DNA of 59,448 nt, filler included, from Sphacelaria rigidula (taxonomy: Eukaryota): NCBI GenBank assembly GCA_964200075.2. It is 9 parts of 9 records of this genome, joined end to end, with 100 filler letters (N's around TTAATTAATTAA, not from the genome) between each part and the next. Parts side by side here need not be neighbours in the genome. Positions count along the whole stretch, not along the records: positions 19,852 to 26,368 come from CAXNAA020019599.1; positions 26,469 to 32,984 come from CAXNAA020019600.1; positions 33,085 to 39,600 come from CAXNAA020019601.1; 6 more parts are not named here. One strand, 5' to 3'. Below, in pieces: positions 24,939-38,700 of this stretch. How positions within the stretch are numbered: position 1 is the first letter of the stretch; each line of letters begins with the position of its first letter. Made by a program: the position numbers and the translations under genes. The notes under the pieces are model-generated. The model saw nothing but the letters and a program-made list of their open reading frames with translations. It had not been told where the DNA came from and did not search any database.

Positions 24939-25872
24939 AGCACACGTGGACAAATAGCACCCTGTGGGGCACGTCTACACGGTTCAGGGAAACTGTGCAG
25001 TGTTTCTCGCGGGGCTCTAGCTGTAGGTTGTTTTTTTGCGCCATACAAGACGCTTCACAGGGTTCAGGGAAACTGTGCAGGGTTTCTCGCGGGGATTCGA
25101 GTATAGGGTATTATTTTATGCAACACAGGGCGCTTCACAGGGTTTCGTCACTCCGTGCAGAATTCATCGCTGTTAATATGCTGTGCAGCCTTTGTTGCAC
25201 GCATACAATATACTCTACATAGTGTTTTTGAAAACCCCTGTGTAGCATTTGCAAACCCTAGTACCTGTAATAACATTTTGCATAGCGTTTTTGTCGAAAC
25301 CCTGCAAGCAACCCTGTGGCGAGACCTTCACATTTTGGAAAATTCCAAATTATTTTGGTACAAAGTCTGTAAATTTTTGTTTATGGAATAGCTTCTCCTG
25401 CTGTAGGAGATAAACTTCTTTCTGCCCGATTCAAATCGGGCAGAAAGGAATTCATCTCCGACAGCAGGAGAAGCCATTCAGAACAGATCCTTTTTCCGCC
25501 TAATTTATTTGGGCAAAAAAATGATATATTTCGACAGCAGAAGAAGCTGTTCGAAATAGATTTTTTTTTCGCCCAACATACATGGACTATGTAGAGTATA
25601 TTGTATGCGTGCTATAAAGGCTGCACAGCATATTAACAGCGATGAATTCTGCACGGAGTGACGAAACCCTGTGAAGCGCCCTGTGTTGCACAAAATAATA
25701 CCCTATACTCGAATCCCCGCGAGAGACCCTGCACAGTTTCCCTGAACCCTGTGAAGCGTCTTGTGTGGCGCAAAAAAACAACCTACAGCCAGAGCCTCGC
25801 GAGAAACACTGCACAGTTTCCCTGAACCGTGTAGACGTGCCCCCCACAGGGTGCTATTTGTCCACGTGTGCT
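24939..25872. mobile_element. Fold-back element with ~285-bp modular inverted arms and a central hairpin
   Basis: 24939-25223 is the near-perfect reverse complement of 25586-25872. The arms contain internal direct repeats (GGTTCAGGGAAACTGTGCAG x2). No TSD recognised. Confidence 0.85.
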
Positions 25873-26468
25873 GCACAACGCTCGCAACGGATAGATCCGG
25901 TGTTATAGGTATATTTTTTCACTCCGCATGTCAAGAAGGTCTCCACAAGTGTTTGGTGTCTCATACACCCCCCCTCTCAACTGGAGTCTCGCACGACCTT
26001 GTCGTTGGGCACCCAGAGGATCGCTCACATACATGTCGGCTAAAATCAACTATGAGTAACACCCCCCAAGTTCAAATTGGATACATCTGTTTTTTTCGCC
26101 GCACCACCGCCCTTGCTGGCATGTGTGTGACAGAGAACAGTAGTAGCGGTGATGCCAGTCTCTCTCGAGAGCGATCGGTAATCGCCGAGTGAGGACACAC
26201 AAAGGACACGAGCGAGGAGCTTCCTCTCTGCCGTTGCTTCTCTTTCTAGTGATATCGTCATCGACACGCGTGCACACCGCATTCCTTAGGTACACCTAGC
26301 CACAGCTGCTCAACTGCTGCGGATATTTGGGGGGGAAGATGCCTTCGCTCGGTCGATAGTGTTTCGCGNNNNNNNNNNNNNNNNNNNNNNNNNNNNNNNN
26401 NNNNNNNNNNNNTTAATTAATTAANNNNNNNNNNNNNNNNNNNNNNNNNNNNNNNNNNNNNNNNNNNN

Positions 26469-27742
26469 TCGTGCAAAGCGGGATCAATTACAGCATCCAG
26501 CTTGCTCAGAAAAGAGGACGATTCATCGGGGCGCGGTGTTGAGTTTGATACGCCAATCAACTCACTACCATCACTAGTTAGGGCCAACATGGGCGGTTTT
26601 GGAGACGATTCGTCAAGACGCGGGGTTGGTAAAGCTGTACTGTTCAACCCGGCGTCCATTAAAGGGGCCAACGTGGGCGAGTTAAGAGACGATTCATCTT
26701 GCGTAACACTTTGTTTGCCTGGTGACGAACACACGGTTGAGGTGTCTTCATGACTACGATGCGAACGTCCATGAGTCGGCGAAGTCTCTGTCCCTACAGA
26801 CGGCAACGCTTCATCGGAAATGGATTCTAACGTAGTGCACGCGGGGTGGTCAGGGAGCAGTAACGATCTGTTCGAAATCTTGGGAGTACCGGCCTGTTCC
26901 ACTCTAAGGTTTTCATCTGTCTGAGCCCACACGTCATCTCTTCCTTGGAGTTCACGTGCGCTTGCTACATTACGGTTATCTACATGATCATCTGGAGGAG
27001 CCCGTCTCTGGTGTTGCGTGTAGCGCACGAAAGGATCGGCGGCTTCAGGAGCTATTGAAATAAGCCATTGGACAGTCGAACCTAGGTCACGCTTTTGGTG
27101 CACCACCTGAGTCGCTGTCACTTGGGGTTCCATTCCAACCCGCTGAGCGACGGAAAGCATAAGTTCTTTGCGGCTGCGACCCTTCAAGGAATAATTACGC
27201 TCATCAAATAAAAGGGAATCGGGTACCGTAGTTTTTGCGGAACTCGGTAGGGTGGTTAGCCGGGCACTTGAGCAGTTGGGGGATGCTCGAGTGTGAGGCT
27301 TCGAATTTTGTTTTCTCCGATGAACGGTCGGAGCAGCAGTGTCTATCGGACCAGAAGATATTTCGGCTCCTGATGCGTAAGAAACTGCACTACATGACTT
27401 CCTTTCCTTTGAAGGAAAGGGATTCGATTGAATATGATTAGTACCTGATGAATGTAAAACTGGGTGATCAAACCCAGGGTTAAAACGTTGGGTTTGGTCA
27501 CTGCTCAATTGATAGCCATGCAACGGTGCACGGGCTTCGACTGTCTTGGAACCCTTCAAGTTAGTGTCAGCATATCCAGGGAACCCACACCACATGGTTG
27601 AACCCGCGGTGGCCACCGTTGATTCGTGCGTGCGATGTGCGTGACCTGGCCGAGCGAAAACAAATTGTTGACATAAAAGTGTTGGGTACTCCTGCAGTGA
27701 ATTACCGGTCATCGTATATCTATATTTGTGGGATTGTACCAA
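26469..27742 (-). CDS. Long Ser/Pro/Thr-rich ORF or exon of unknown function, truncated by the contig end
   Basis: About 424 codons without a stop, preceded by a TTAG acceptor-like site. Three ~28-aa repeats (QDESSLNSPTLAPL, LDESSPKPPMLALT, PDESSSFL). No recognised domain. Confidence 0.5.
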
Positions 27743-27809
27743 CTAAATCAGAACATTGACTACAGAGGTGAAAAAATAAATAGGCAGGTGACGGGGCTTA
27801 GCTTTTGGG

Positions 27810-28724
27810 CTAAGCAACGCGTCCTGGGTTACCCCACTGTATACTATTTGGAATCTCCGCAACTTGTAGAACGTTCCCAAAAGTGTCAAGTTGTGAGGTG
27901 AGCATCAGTGCTGTGTGGGTACCGCCCTGGCGGGGTTCAGCCGCGGCACTAGGTCCACTCACGTGTAAACGTCTACCGTTTTGTGAGTGGGCCGGTGCAT
28001 GTGGTTGAAAGAGTGCCATGTTAGGTGGGTCAGGTGGTGAATCAGTTGTCGCCTTGGGGGCGGAGCAATCGACCGTACGAACGCAGTTGTGATTGCCAGA
28101 CTTGCCAACATAGTCCAAAATGATGCAAAGCTTCCAAGTGTCTTTTTGTCAATAGCTTATATTCTTGCTCCGTAATTTCCAGAGCCTTTCTGGATGTGCG
28201 TATCGCGCGTTCTAGTTCATTCTGTTCTGTTTTTTGTTCTTTTTTGGTTGGACATCTACAGTACGGGGGGGCTGCGCGGCCTCCTGGACCCCTCGAAAAC
28301 CTTCACGTTGACCCGCCTCGAGGCGAGCAAATTCCAAGTCTGTCCACGCACGGTTAATCTGTTCGAGACTGTTGTTTCGAAGCTAGCGCCGGCAATCAGT
28401 TCGTTCCGTCACCGAAACATTGTATCAATGGCGCGGGGAAATGAAGGCTGGGCGGGTTTGCCGAAGCTGGTCGTGTGGTTCGTCACGCGTGGCAAGGATT
28501 GTTCCGATTTGGGTGGCGTATCAAAAGCCAGAGTTGGGCGATCAGAGGTTTCAGCACCGGTTTGGGTGCAGAGGTCATCGTCAGGAAATGTTTTAGTAGC
28601 ATCAGGGCTCACCTGGAGGGATGACATCTGAGAATGAAAAGTGGGAACACCATCAAACAACAAATTGTGCGAATTGAGGTTTAACTCCGAGATGAAGTTC
28701 AAGCCTTGAACAGTGCTTTCCCCA
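27810..28724 (-). pseudogene. Decayed upstream coding region associated with the 26469-27742 ORF
   Basis: The reading frame of ORF 28409-28702 continues past a single TGA (MFR*RNELIAG...). After a 1-nt shift in the G7 run near 28265-28271 it yields the coiled-coil-like KKEQKTEQNELERAIRTSRKALEITEQEYKLL. A further ORF lies at 27810-28118. Confidence 0.3.
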
Positions 28725-31348
28725 NNNNNNNNNNAGATACCTTTTCAGCGCCATTCACCGAGTCTGTGAGCTTACAGCGCTGTGGGACTGAAGCGGAGAG
28801 AAAAAAAATAAAAAGGAACAAAGTGTGGCAGGGTACTGTCGACAGTCGATCGACATGTAGTTCCGCGCACTCCGTACATGCATGAGGTCTACCACCTTGT
28901 CAATCAGGTGCAGACTAAAGGGAAACAAATATGTCGACGGCACATCACAAACCGTAGGGGTGTGTGTGTGTGTTGGAATAAATTGTAACAGCAAGAGACA
29001 AGAAAACGAAGGTTGTCACAACCAACAGTCATACAGTGTCTTGTCACAAGCGCAACAGCGCATTAACAAACCAGCATGCCATGAAGGGATATACGTGTGG
29101 GACGCAGCGAACCGCAACGTCAACCGCTTAGTCCTGTCTTGAGAACATCTTGAAGTTTGATAGAGAAATAAAAAACACACCTGTCGGATGCCGTATCGTA
29201 TTTCCAGAGGAAATATCAGCGCAGCTGGTGATACTCACACAACAGCACCGCCGAGTTCACTGAAAATAGCCGAGTTGGGGTCTTGGTGACGTACATCGTA
29301 CAGAATACAGTTAATAATGTACAAACGCAACCGAAATACAAATGTGTAGTGCAGTGCAGACAGCAGCGTAACAGCACCAGACAACGAAATGCTGTGTAGT
29401 ACAGTACAGTACACATGATCTTCACGTGGTCCAGCGGACGTGGTCGACAGTGCAGTACGATACCAATTTGTTCGCATCACATGAAAAAACATCTGACACA
29501 ACGTTATGTCCGCGCCATCTTCTCATCTACAATCCAATATAGATGACTTTGTTCAGATAGTGTAGCAGTACCAACGCATGCTACAGTACGGCGCCTCACC
29601 GTCCGCAAGATATTCCCCGCTGGGACCATTTGTAATTGAAACGGTGCCGTACTGTCGTCAGCACTTCAATTCGGAACAACATTTCAACGGGAAAAGTGAG
29701 TGGCCTTCTGGACGACCAAATATGTACTGTAGTGCGTGTTTGTGGGGCGGCAATCAAACTCTGCGTACACTGGTGGCGTGTGAAAGTGAACAAGTAACAT
29801 GGGCCTCACGCCTCGCCGTGTTCAATCATGCTCGTGTACAGACAATATTCTTATCCTGGTTCATCATGCCGCGTCGATATAATTCGGTGCGCATGGTGGC
29901 TCAACGTTCCGTGTTTGGGCAAGAAACGTCGTATGTACAGTGGGCGGCGATTGAAATAGCCCGCGAACTCTTCTCCTGCAAGCATGAATCGGCGTGTGTT
30001 TGGTCACATGCCGGTCGATTCGGTTGATACAGAATCGACGGACTGTGTGCAGGGGCGCTTGCGGGGGCAGGTGGTCGGGAGGGCGGTGAAAAAACTACGG
30101 ACCCTTGAGGGGCGGATCTAAACAAGGAACATGTGAGCGGCTTCATTATCCGAGAACCGCCCGTTGGTGAAAAAAGACACAGCACATCAGATCGAGTGTG
30201 CATGAAGACGCTATGCGTTCTCTGTGCAGTGTATACCGTTACCAGAGAGAGTGCATCCGCCACAGTGGGTTGGCTTGTACCGTCGATATGACCTGCAGGT
30301 TGGGGGAAATATGCCTGTGCAGCAAGAGAGGGCTTGCGTGTGCGTTCATACCTGAAGCGCCTCATGGTTCGGTCGCCACTGCCTGAAACCAACGTGGGTA
30401 TCGTGTGGCACATCGAAGATGTGCAGCGAACTCGTGTCGGAATGTATGTTCAACTTCGAGTAAAAGAGGAGACAGCGGTCCAAGAAGCTGTCTCATTACC
30501 TTGGTGTATTATACCGCTAAATCGTGTACACAAATATCAAGTGAAAATCAAAGACCGAAAATACAGGGCTTGAAAAAATAAACCAACGAAGGGTTGTGGT
30601 GGGCTGGGACGCGTATCGCAGCAGCCCACGGAGAGAAAAACAGTACAGCTTGAGGTCACAAGCTACCTCTGAAGCCCCATGTGTGGAAGTATATTTAATT
30701 ACCGCAAGCAGTAGTGCCGTATACGCCGAACTCAAGCTAGTCACATCCTTGTGGGGTGTAGACTGGCGGTCCTGTTTCCGACTTCTTACACTCAAACTAT
30801 ATGTTTTTCTCACACAAGGGCGCTCGTCAACAGCCGACAGCCGCGGCAGAAAGTAAGCACTAAGCTCTTTCTGAAAAGGAAACACCACTGTGATATCAAG
30901 GGGTTATATTACTTGTGACTTACTCGTGTTATAGCTCGTCACAGCTTGCCGGCAGAAGGGGAGACGTCGCGCAGAACAGATGAAAGCTGATGGTCCGTCT
31001 TGTGATTAGTTCTACGGTAGCTGTTTCTCTGACAGGTGGATCGCAAGTGAATATCGTGGGCGATGCTGTTCACCCTTGCCCTCAAAAACTCCTAGCTACG
31101 CATACAATCTCGTCATATAAATACCACTCCACGTGGCGCGCTGTACCTCAAGCCAATCAAAGCTGTAGTAGCAGCAGGTACACGCGGCTAATCGGGTACA
31201 TTTTTTACCTTGAACCCGCTGCGACAACAATACAAACACACATTCGACTAGAATCCTTCCATACCCGCTGGTCGTTTCTGGGGATCATCTGCATGTCCAC
31301 AAGGGTCTGGTTATAATTCAGGCCCTCAGTCGTTGACCATCACAGATC

Positions 31349-31738
31349 GATCTTTTATTGGGGATGAGAAACCCGGAGAATTAAAATATTCGTATCCAGA
31401 TCAAATCTCCGAAATATGGTTCCATTTCTTCACCTACTGATAGCTTTTGACAACTGCTACACATCATACAATTTTCGATTTCGACAACCGAAATGTTGAG
31501 GTCCTAGATGAAAAACCAATTGGGGGGAATTTCGGGTGTCCGCACGGAGGCCAAAATGGTTTCCAAATTGGTTTTTTACCGAGGACCCCAAATTGTCGGT
31601 GATCGAAATACAAATTTCTATGGCGTGTAGCAGTTGTCAATAGCTATCAGTAGGTGAAAAAATGGAACTATATTCCGAAGATTTGGTGTGGATACGAAGA
31701 TTTTCATTTTTCGGGTTTCTCATCCCCAGTAAAAGATC
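31349..31738. mobile_element. Diverged fold-back MITE (~390 bp)
   Basis: GATCTTTTATTGGGGATGAGAAACCC...GGGTTTCTCATCCCCAGTAAAAGATC. The arms pair imperfectly over ~185 bp, including TTCACCTACTGATAGCT/AGCTATCAGTAGGTGAA. Confidence 0.8.
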
Positions 31739-33273
31739 CATCCCCAATTTGTAAGATCCCGTGTTGAAAGCCTTTCATATACGTGCTGCACAGTACAGTA
31801 CCTACTATCGTCATTATCCATCTGATCAGGGGGGTACCTACCCCTCCAAAATGGTATACCCCCCCCCCAGTCTGTCGCCCAGAATGAGGTTTTCGGGAAC
31901 CGGGGGCGGTGAATATCGTATTTTAGTCTGTGATGCCCCTTGTGAACTGTACTGTGTATGAATCGCGGGGACCGCAGTTTTTGGCAAGGAATGCAAGGAC
32001 GCAACCATACAGGTAGCTTTTCATGAAACACGTGATTCAAACGAGACACAAAACAAAGCATTTACATGATACGTGGGCGTTTTAGTCCTGAAACGAGTCC
32101 ACCTGTCCCTCCACCACCTACCGTAAGGAGATAAATAACACTTGCTAATACAAAATAAGTTACGGGCAGAGCTTCATTGTAGAGTAGAGGGCCCAGCCGA
32201 GACCACTCCGGGTTCACCGCCGACATCCGAGACGGCAACGTCCCAAACACCGCAATAAATTGAAATTGGAAGCGCCCTGGCCACAGGGCAGTCTATTGTT
32301 CAAACAATTCCTAAATACCCAAGAGCACCCGTGCGCACACTGGCAGGATCTAAGTCGAAAAACAGGCGTGGGAAATCTATCGTAGTGGCTTGGAGTATAA
32401 AATTTTACGCGAAACCCCCATAATTACTTGACTGCAGTACACTACTGACGTTTTCACTGTGCGCCTTAGCTTGCATCGATCGTTTGGGATAAGCTATTCG
32501 AGTTACGCAACCAAACCTTGCACAAACGTCCCTTCGACTACCTCTGGGCGATTTCAAATCCAATATTATGTTGAGTACCCGCTTCTGGAGGTCTCAGGCC
32601 GTTTCTTCTGGTTGGTTATTCCCTCTCGTTATTTGCAAATTACCAGTGAAAATAACAAGATGGCTACTCACGGTTGGTTATTTCACAAGATTCTCGCGAA
32701 ACAAATACGAGACGGGGGACATTTCACGAGATGGGCGCTCCTGGCTTGGTATTTTTGAAAAAATACGAGACGAGATCGACTTGTATTTTCCTCTCGTTAT
32801 TTCGCTTGCGGCGCGGCGAGATTAGCAACGTCCGCCAGCCCTGAATATCTTTGTGCCTTTCGACATCTGTCGGGCTCTCCTGATATTGACGTCGAACATC
32901 CCCAGCGCCGTTTATACACTAGACGAAACTTTGCTTCGCCATCCCAGCGCACGCATGATGTCGTAAGGGGCTGATGATCTATTGNNNNNNNNNNNNNNNN
33001 NNNNNNNNNNNNNNNNNNNNNNNNNNNNTTAATTAATTAANNNNNNNNNNNNNNNNNNNNNNNNNNNNNNNNNNNNNNNNNNNNGTGAGTACACAAACCT
33101 GAACCTGTTTATCTACACAAAGCAAAGCAATCGAGAACATGAAGAGAGCTTTAAAATACAAAATTCACGTAGTAAAAAAGATTAACACAAAAAAATCATC
33201 ATGTACTTCTAATTGTAAACTCGACAACCCCCCCCCCGCCCGCCCCCCTCCCCTCTCGCCATCATATACTAAC

Positions 33274-35701
33274 CGCATCAAACGTCTGAAATTCCGGGAA
33301 GAGTATAGCCTGCATCACACGTCTCGCTCTCCAGGCCGCCTCCGCGGGCCAAGCCGGGGGCGCCCCGCCCCTGTTCCCCGCCACCGCAACGGTACCAAAA
33401 ACACCTCCTTGGTCATTGTCGGCGGACACGGACTCCCGCCTCGACTGCTGCTGCTGCTGCTGCGCCGGCCCATTGGCCCCGGCTGGATCAGAAGAAGATC
33501 GCGGCGTCGCTGGGTCTTGCGTGGGCCACGTGATCTCGTCATGATCTAAATCTACATGTACTGACTGCATTTTTAGCGCAGGGGGACGGGGGTAGGGGGG
33601 AGAACGGGGGTAGGGGGGGGGGGCGTACTCATGATATTGCATGCCATAGTCATAACACCATNNNNNNNNNNTTAGTCCACTCGTCGTGCGCGGGTGGGGT
33701 GGCGGGGGGGGGGGGGGGGGGGGTGGGGGGGGGGGGGGGCGGGGGGGGGGGGCGTACTCATGATATTGCATGCCATAGTCATAACACCATTGACCTCGCA
33801 TCCTTACAAAGCCGGGAAGAAGCACGCCAGACTTTCGCCGGATCAGGTTCACAATCAGTCACCAATTGCGAAGCGCCGTCATGCGTTCGGCGAGTCTCAT
33901 GAGGGGTGATCTGCATCCTGCTAAGATTGTTCGGCCCGAGGCGTACCAAGTATTTTGCATATGGATGCCAGTCTCGAATGAGATGCTGTATTTTGTGGTT
34001 TCGCCACTTTCAGGACAGCCACGGGATACACACTGCCTCATAAGGAACTCACCATTTAAACTGCCTAGTACGACCATCGTCTTTGCGCGGAGTTGAGGTT
34101 CGCCCACCCCACACAAAATAATCTAGCTCGACCGCCACTATGGCTACCGCAAAAAAAAGAAAAACGCAAGCGAGAACAAAAGCGGTAACTTATTTCGCCT
34201 AGCTCACGCAGTGAGTGACATGTTACATAGAGTCGTTGCCAACCAACGCACAACCCTCAAGAGGAGTGGGGTAGCCGGATTTCGCTACATTCTATCCACG
34301 GTTGACACATGTATACAACTATCGCTAACCCTAACCCCAACCCCAACCCAAGGCGTACCGAGAACCCTCGGGCAGGGGAGGTGCATATAATTCCCTAGGC
34401 GAATTGTGGCGTTGCCTAAAACCAGCGTCTGTGGCGCCAATTTGGACGATAACGCGTTCTGCCCACGCTAGGAGCACACAGGACTGTCAAGCCTAACTGA
34501 AGATCCGAATTGCGTTGTTCACGCTCAAATGAAGCAATATTATACTATACCCAACTCCGGTTAACTCTGCTGACCTTTAGAGGAGAATGGGTAAGGGAAT
34601 AGGAAGTAAGCAAGCAGCGGGATGCACAGAGTAGCCATCCTCACGCAATGAGTACAACGCAACCATTTGTTTGTTGCTGAATAGCTGAACAGACCTCTCG
34701 TATTTGGTGGGTGGAGGGCGGCGGGGGGGGTCGCATCGCGCAAGCGGCGCGTTTGTGTGTGTTCGAGTGATGACTTGATTTTGGCCCGGAGGTTGCGAAA
34801 ACTATCTCTCACCTCAAACAGCCAACTGAGCAGGGTAAACACAGAGTGACGCACACATACAAGCAACAAGGACGAAGCCGCAGCGATGAGCTTCTCCTTC
34901 TCATGCGCGCCTGTTTATATCAGCGGCTGTTTGTTGCTTAGCCTTAAGCAGACACGATCGACGAAAGAAAAAACGCAGCTTTCTCCCTCAAACATGTTGG
35001 ACAGCAGTCCTTTTGGGGAAAACATGGCAGGAAAAATATAGATATCTAGAACTCGGACGGCCAAGTACCGGTCATCTACGCCTACGCTATTGCATCCTCC
35101 AAGAAACGGCGAGACCAAAATTCGATTCAAAGAAGGAGGGATGACCCCAAGTCGACTCCGACGGCTGTTTCGGAAAATGAAGGACGACTCAGAGGCGACT
35201 GCGACGAGCCATTTCGAAAAAATGATGACTTCTCCAACGGACCGCAACTTGAAAAACTCAGAGTCATAATCGTTACACTTCGAAGGGTATGCGCAGAATA
35301 AATACACACTGGGCGCGTTTCGGCAAAGACATATCGCCATCCATCTGCAAGCAGCGAAGCAACGGTATAAGTCCCGCGCACCTGGCTGAGCATGCACCGA
35401 ACTCCCTCTAGCACGGCAGAGCTGGGCTTGGTCGTGGTGATACCAGCCTTGTCCGTCTGCACAAGAGAACACCAAAAACACTCGTTGCAGCGTTGACGTT
35501 TTTTGGGAGAATGCAATAATGATCTTGCGAGCCGTACCACAACAGGGCTGTTGACCTCGCGTCCCAACAAAGCCGGGACGGGGCACGCAGGGTCTTCGCC
35601 AGATCAGGAGGGGGGGGGTCGCATTTTGGACGCGGACGTGTGATACTCCCCAAATACGGCCTGAATATCAATCGTGCTGTGTGCGCTCGGTCCTCGAAAG
35701 C

Positions 35702-35750
<49 letters not shown>

Positions 35751-38700
35751 GTATATATACAGAGAATATTCACAAGCGTGAAGCATACTTTGTAACGAGA
35801 CGTCCACGAGATTCATTGCTGGTTCTAGTGTGCAAGTTCCTCCGCTGGCATCACTATGCCACACAACATCACCACCGCCATCATAATTATCGTCATCCAC
35901 AGCAATATCATCATCACCTCGCTCTCATCCACAGACAACATGCAGGAATCTGTAGACCTCACGCCCCACACCCATCCCTTCTTCCCACCGCTTCCGCCCC
36001 TCCTCTTTCCCACAGCCCCCCTGGCCACCGCCATCTCCACTAGATCCGCATCCAACCCCACAAGAAACGCCGTCTGCGAGGAACCGCGATGGCGTTCAGG
36101 AGATTCGTCTGTCGGGCTAGCGTTACTCATTCCTGCAAGGGAGTTTTCAGCGCCGAGGCAGATTTTTCCTCGATGAGTTACGACGTGGCGACCCGGGGTT
36201 TTTCGGTGTATTGTATGTCATAATTAGAGGAGCACGAAACTATTGTCGGATTATTTACTTCTTATCATATTCTGCCCGTAGTTTCTTGAGCTGCAGGGGT
36301 TTTTTTCGCATACGGGGGATTGTTTTGTGCAGCGGCACGTGAGAAAGGGGCAACAAGGAGGAGTAAATAGGGAGTGGCGGGGGGGGGAGAGGTCTCCGCC
36401 TCATCGTTGTATGTTTCTCTGCTACCTTCGTGTGCAACGGTTTGGGGTTTTAAGAGGCATGCAGCGTCTACTTTGAATGAAGGTGGTACACGTCGGCAAC
36501 GACAACGACAGCATGAAAAACACTCACCACCAGGGGGGTGGAGGAAGACGTCTTTGCCTCCTCGTTTCATTTTCTCTTGCTACCTTCGTGTGTACCAGGG
36601 TAGGGTTTTGCGAGGCATGCAGGACCTCCTTTGAATGAAGGCAGTACACGTCTGCATCAACAACAACAACAACAACAACAACAACTGACCGGGGGGGAAG
36701 GGGGCTCGGTGCACCTACCTTTACCTCGCCAATTTGGCGGGGCTATTCGCGCGGGGCTTTGGGCATGCACTTGTGAAGCGGCGTTTTTCCTATCCAAGCT
36801 GAGCTTCGCTTTCCAGAACGGCACAACCTGTTGTACGGTAGCGAGGAGAATGAGAAAAAAACGAAAAAAACAAGGGAAAGGCTAACACACACCCATACCT
36901 CACATTATTTCACGCCACTTTTTCCCTCTTCTTTTTTATTTGGAGTATTGCCACGATAGCCCTCCCCGCCCAAACCAGTCCCAAAACTGTCATGAAGCGC
37001 CTCATATGGGCGACATTGGCGAAACTGATCCCAAACATGGAAGTTCACTGCTACTCGGTGTGCTCGGCTTTTGTCATTTTAATTTACATTTAGACTTTGC
37101 CTTCATAAATCAGCAATTTTACCGGGCGGGAGGCTATCGCGGAATCTCAGAAAAAGATCCATGAATCCATCGTCGATCCTTTAAAAACGTTCAACGAGAA
37201 GCATAACCTCTATTCCGAGTTACGCAAAATGAAGTCATCAACGCCGGCAATCAGCCTTCAATCACACGACATGACCCCTCTCTCTATTGAGATAGGTGTG
37301 CTGGATTCATTCATTGTTGTCAGCCGGGTAACCCACGTCTTTGAATTTGTTCGACACCTGGGCACGCATGCTGCAGCAATACGTGAAAAAATCTCATGTT
37401 ACCCCTACTCATCTGCAGCCACGTCATCTACCCTAACTAGGCATGTCAAGCGTGTCCCCCCGATGTTAAAGCCGCCCCCCGTCCCTCCCGTACTGGAGAA
37501 ATATAGAGTATGGAGGAAACGAGCAGCGTTGAACCGAGGCCTCCTATCCCCCTTCCACAAACGCCCCGCGTGCACTGCTACCTCAGCCGCCGGAAGCAGG
37601 GGCGCGTATGCATGGTGCCAGCCGAGAGGGTGCAAGAGAGCCTTGAGAGAGCAGACAGCCACCGACAGCAGGCTACGTACGCTGCACGTGACCACTACGG
37701 GTCGTTCGCATATCAATGCCGATAGCGCTGTCAGCACGTTGTCGGCACTCAGTGCCTGTGGGGGGTTTATCAAGTGCAAGTGAACGGATTGCGGTAGGGA
37801 GGGACAGGAATACGGTTTGTAGAGTACAACAGCACGGTACACTCATGTTGTACTGCTGTAGTCACACATGTGAGAGAGAAGTTATCAATACGGAGACGAA
37901 CGTGTTCCTGTGCACACAAAACAAATGAAATCAGAAACGACAACGACAAAAACAAAAAGAGAACACCAAACAACATGAAAGCTTTGAGTTTTTTGCTGCA
38001 CCTGCTCTATTCATCATCGCCAAACCTGGAACAAAAAACAAAACAAAAAAACAAGTAGAGTACACGTAGGATCAACAGTCATCAGATCACAAGAATCAAC
38101 CACGTGCGGTCATGCTACCTCGCCACGAAAAACAACATGAGAAAAATCCGCCCTCTCGACCAACCACCCTTCACAAGACCTGAAACAACGGCTCCACAGG
38201 ATGATCCAGAGGCATCAGTGGGGGCAATCCAAACGTTGACCATCCTCCTCCCCCCACACTCCCGGAACCTCTGCCCGAGCTCCCCTCCCCCCCCCAACCT
38301 GCCGACTCTGGGGCCGAAATCGATTGCAAAAGTGCCGGCGGTGGCGGTGGTGCCGACAGCGCCGACAGCGCATCCGCCGTCAAACCCGTCTTACCCTTCA
38401 GGGTCCCGACAACTCCCGCTGGCCAAGGCCCGTACAGGCCAGCGCCCCCCCCGAACCCCGACAGCCCCGGCCCACCGGGTCCTGACCCTGGGCCCGCCGA
38501 CGGCGGAAACAATATCGGCAGGGGGAACGGGGGAGCTTGGAGGGTCGCCGCGTCACCTAGCCCCCATTCGGCCGCCTTGCTTTTCGGCGCGTCGGCGCCG
38601 GCATCTACCGACGCGTCGTGCTTGCTGCTGCTTCGCCCAGGGCCAGACCCACCAAGGCCGTGAAGACTCGACCAAGAAGATGCCGATCCGAAACTGCTGA

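Noticed and set aside
33600..33790. Tandem duplication of the element tail
   Set aside because: The identical copies flank a 10-N gap among G runs, so this is probably a scaffolding artefact.
34325..34350. Telomere-like CCCTAA repeats (also 8130-8180)
   Set aside because: Only 2-4 degenerate units, internal to intronic repeats; not a chromosome end.
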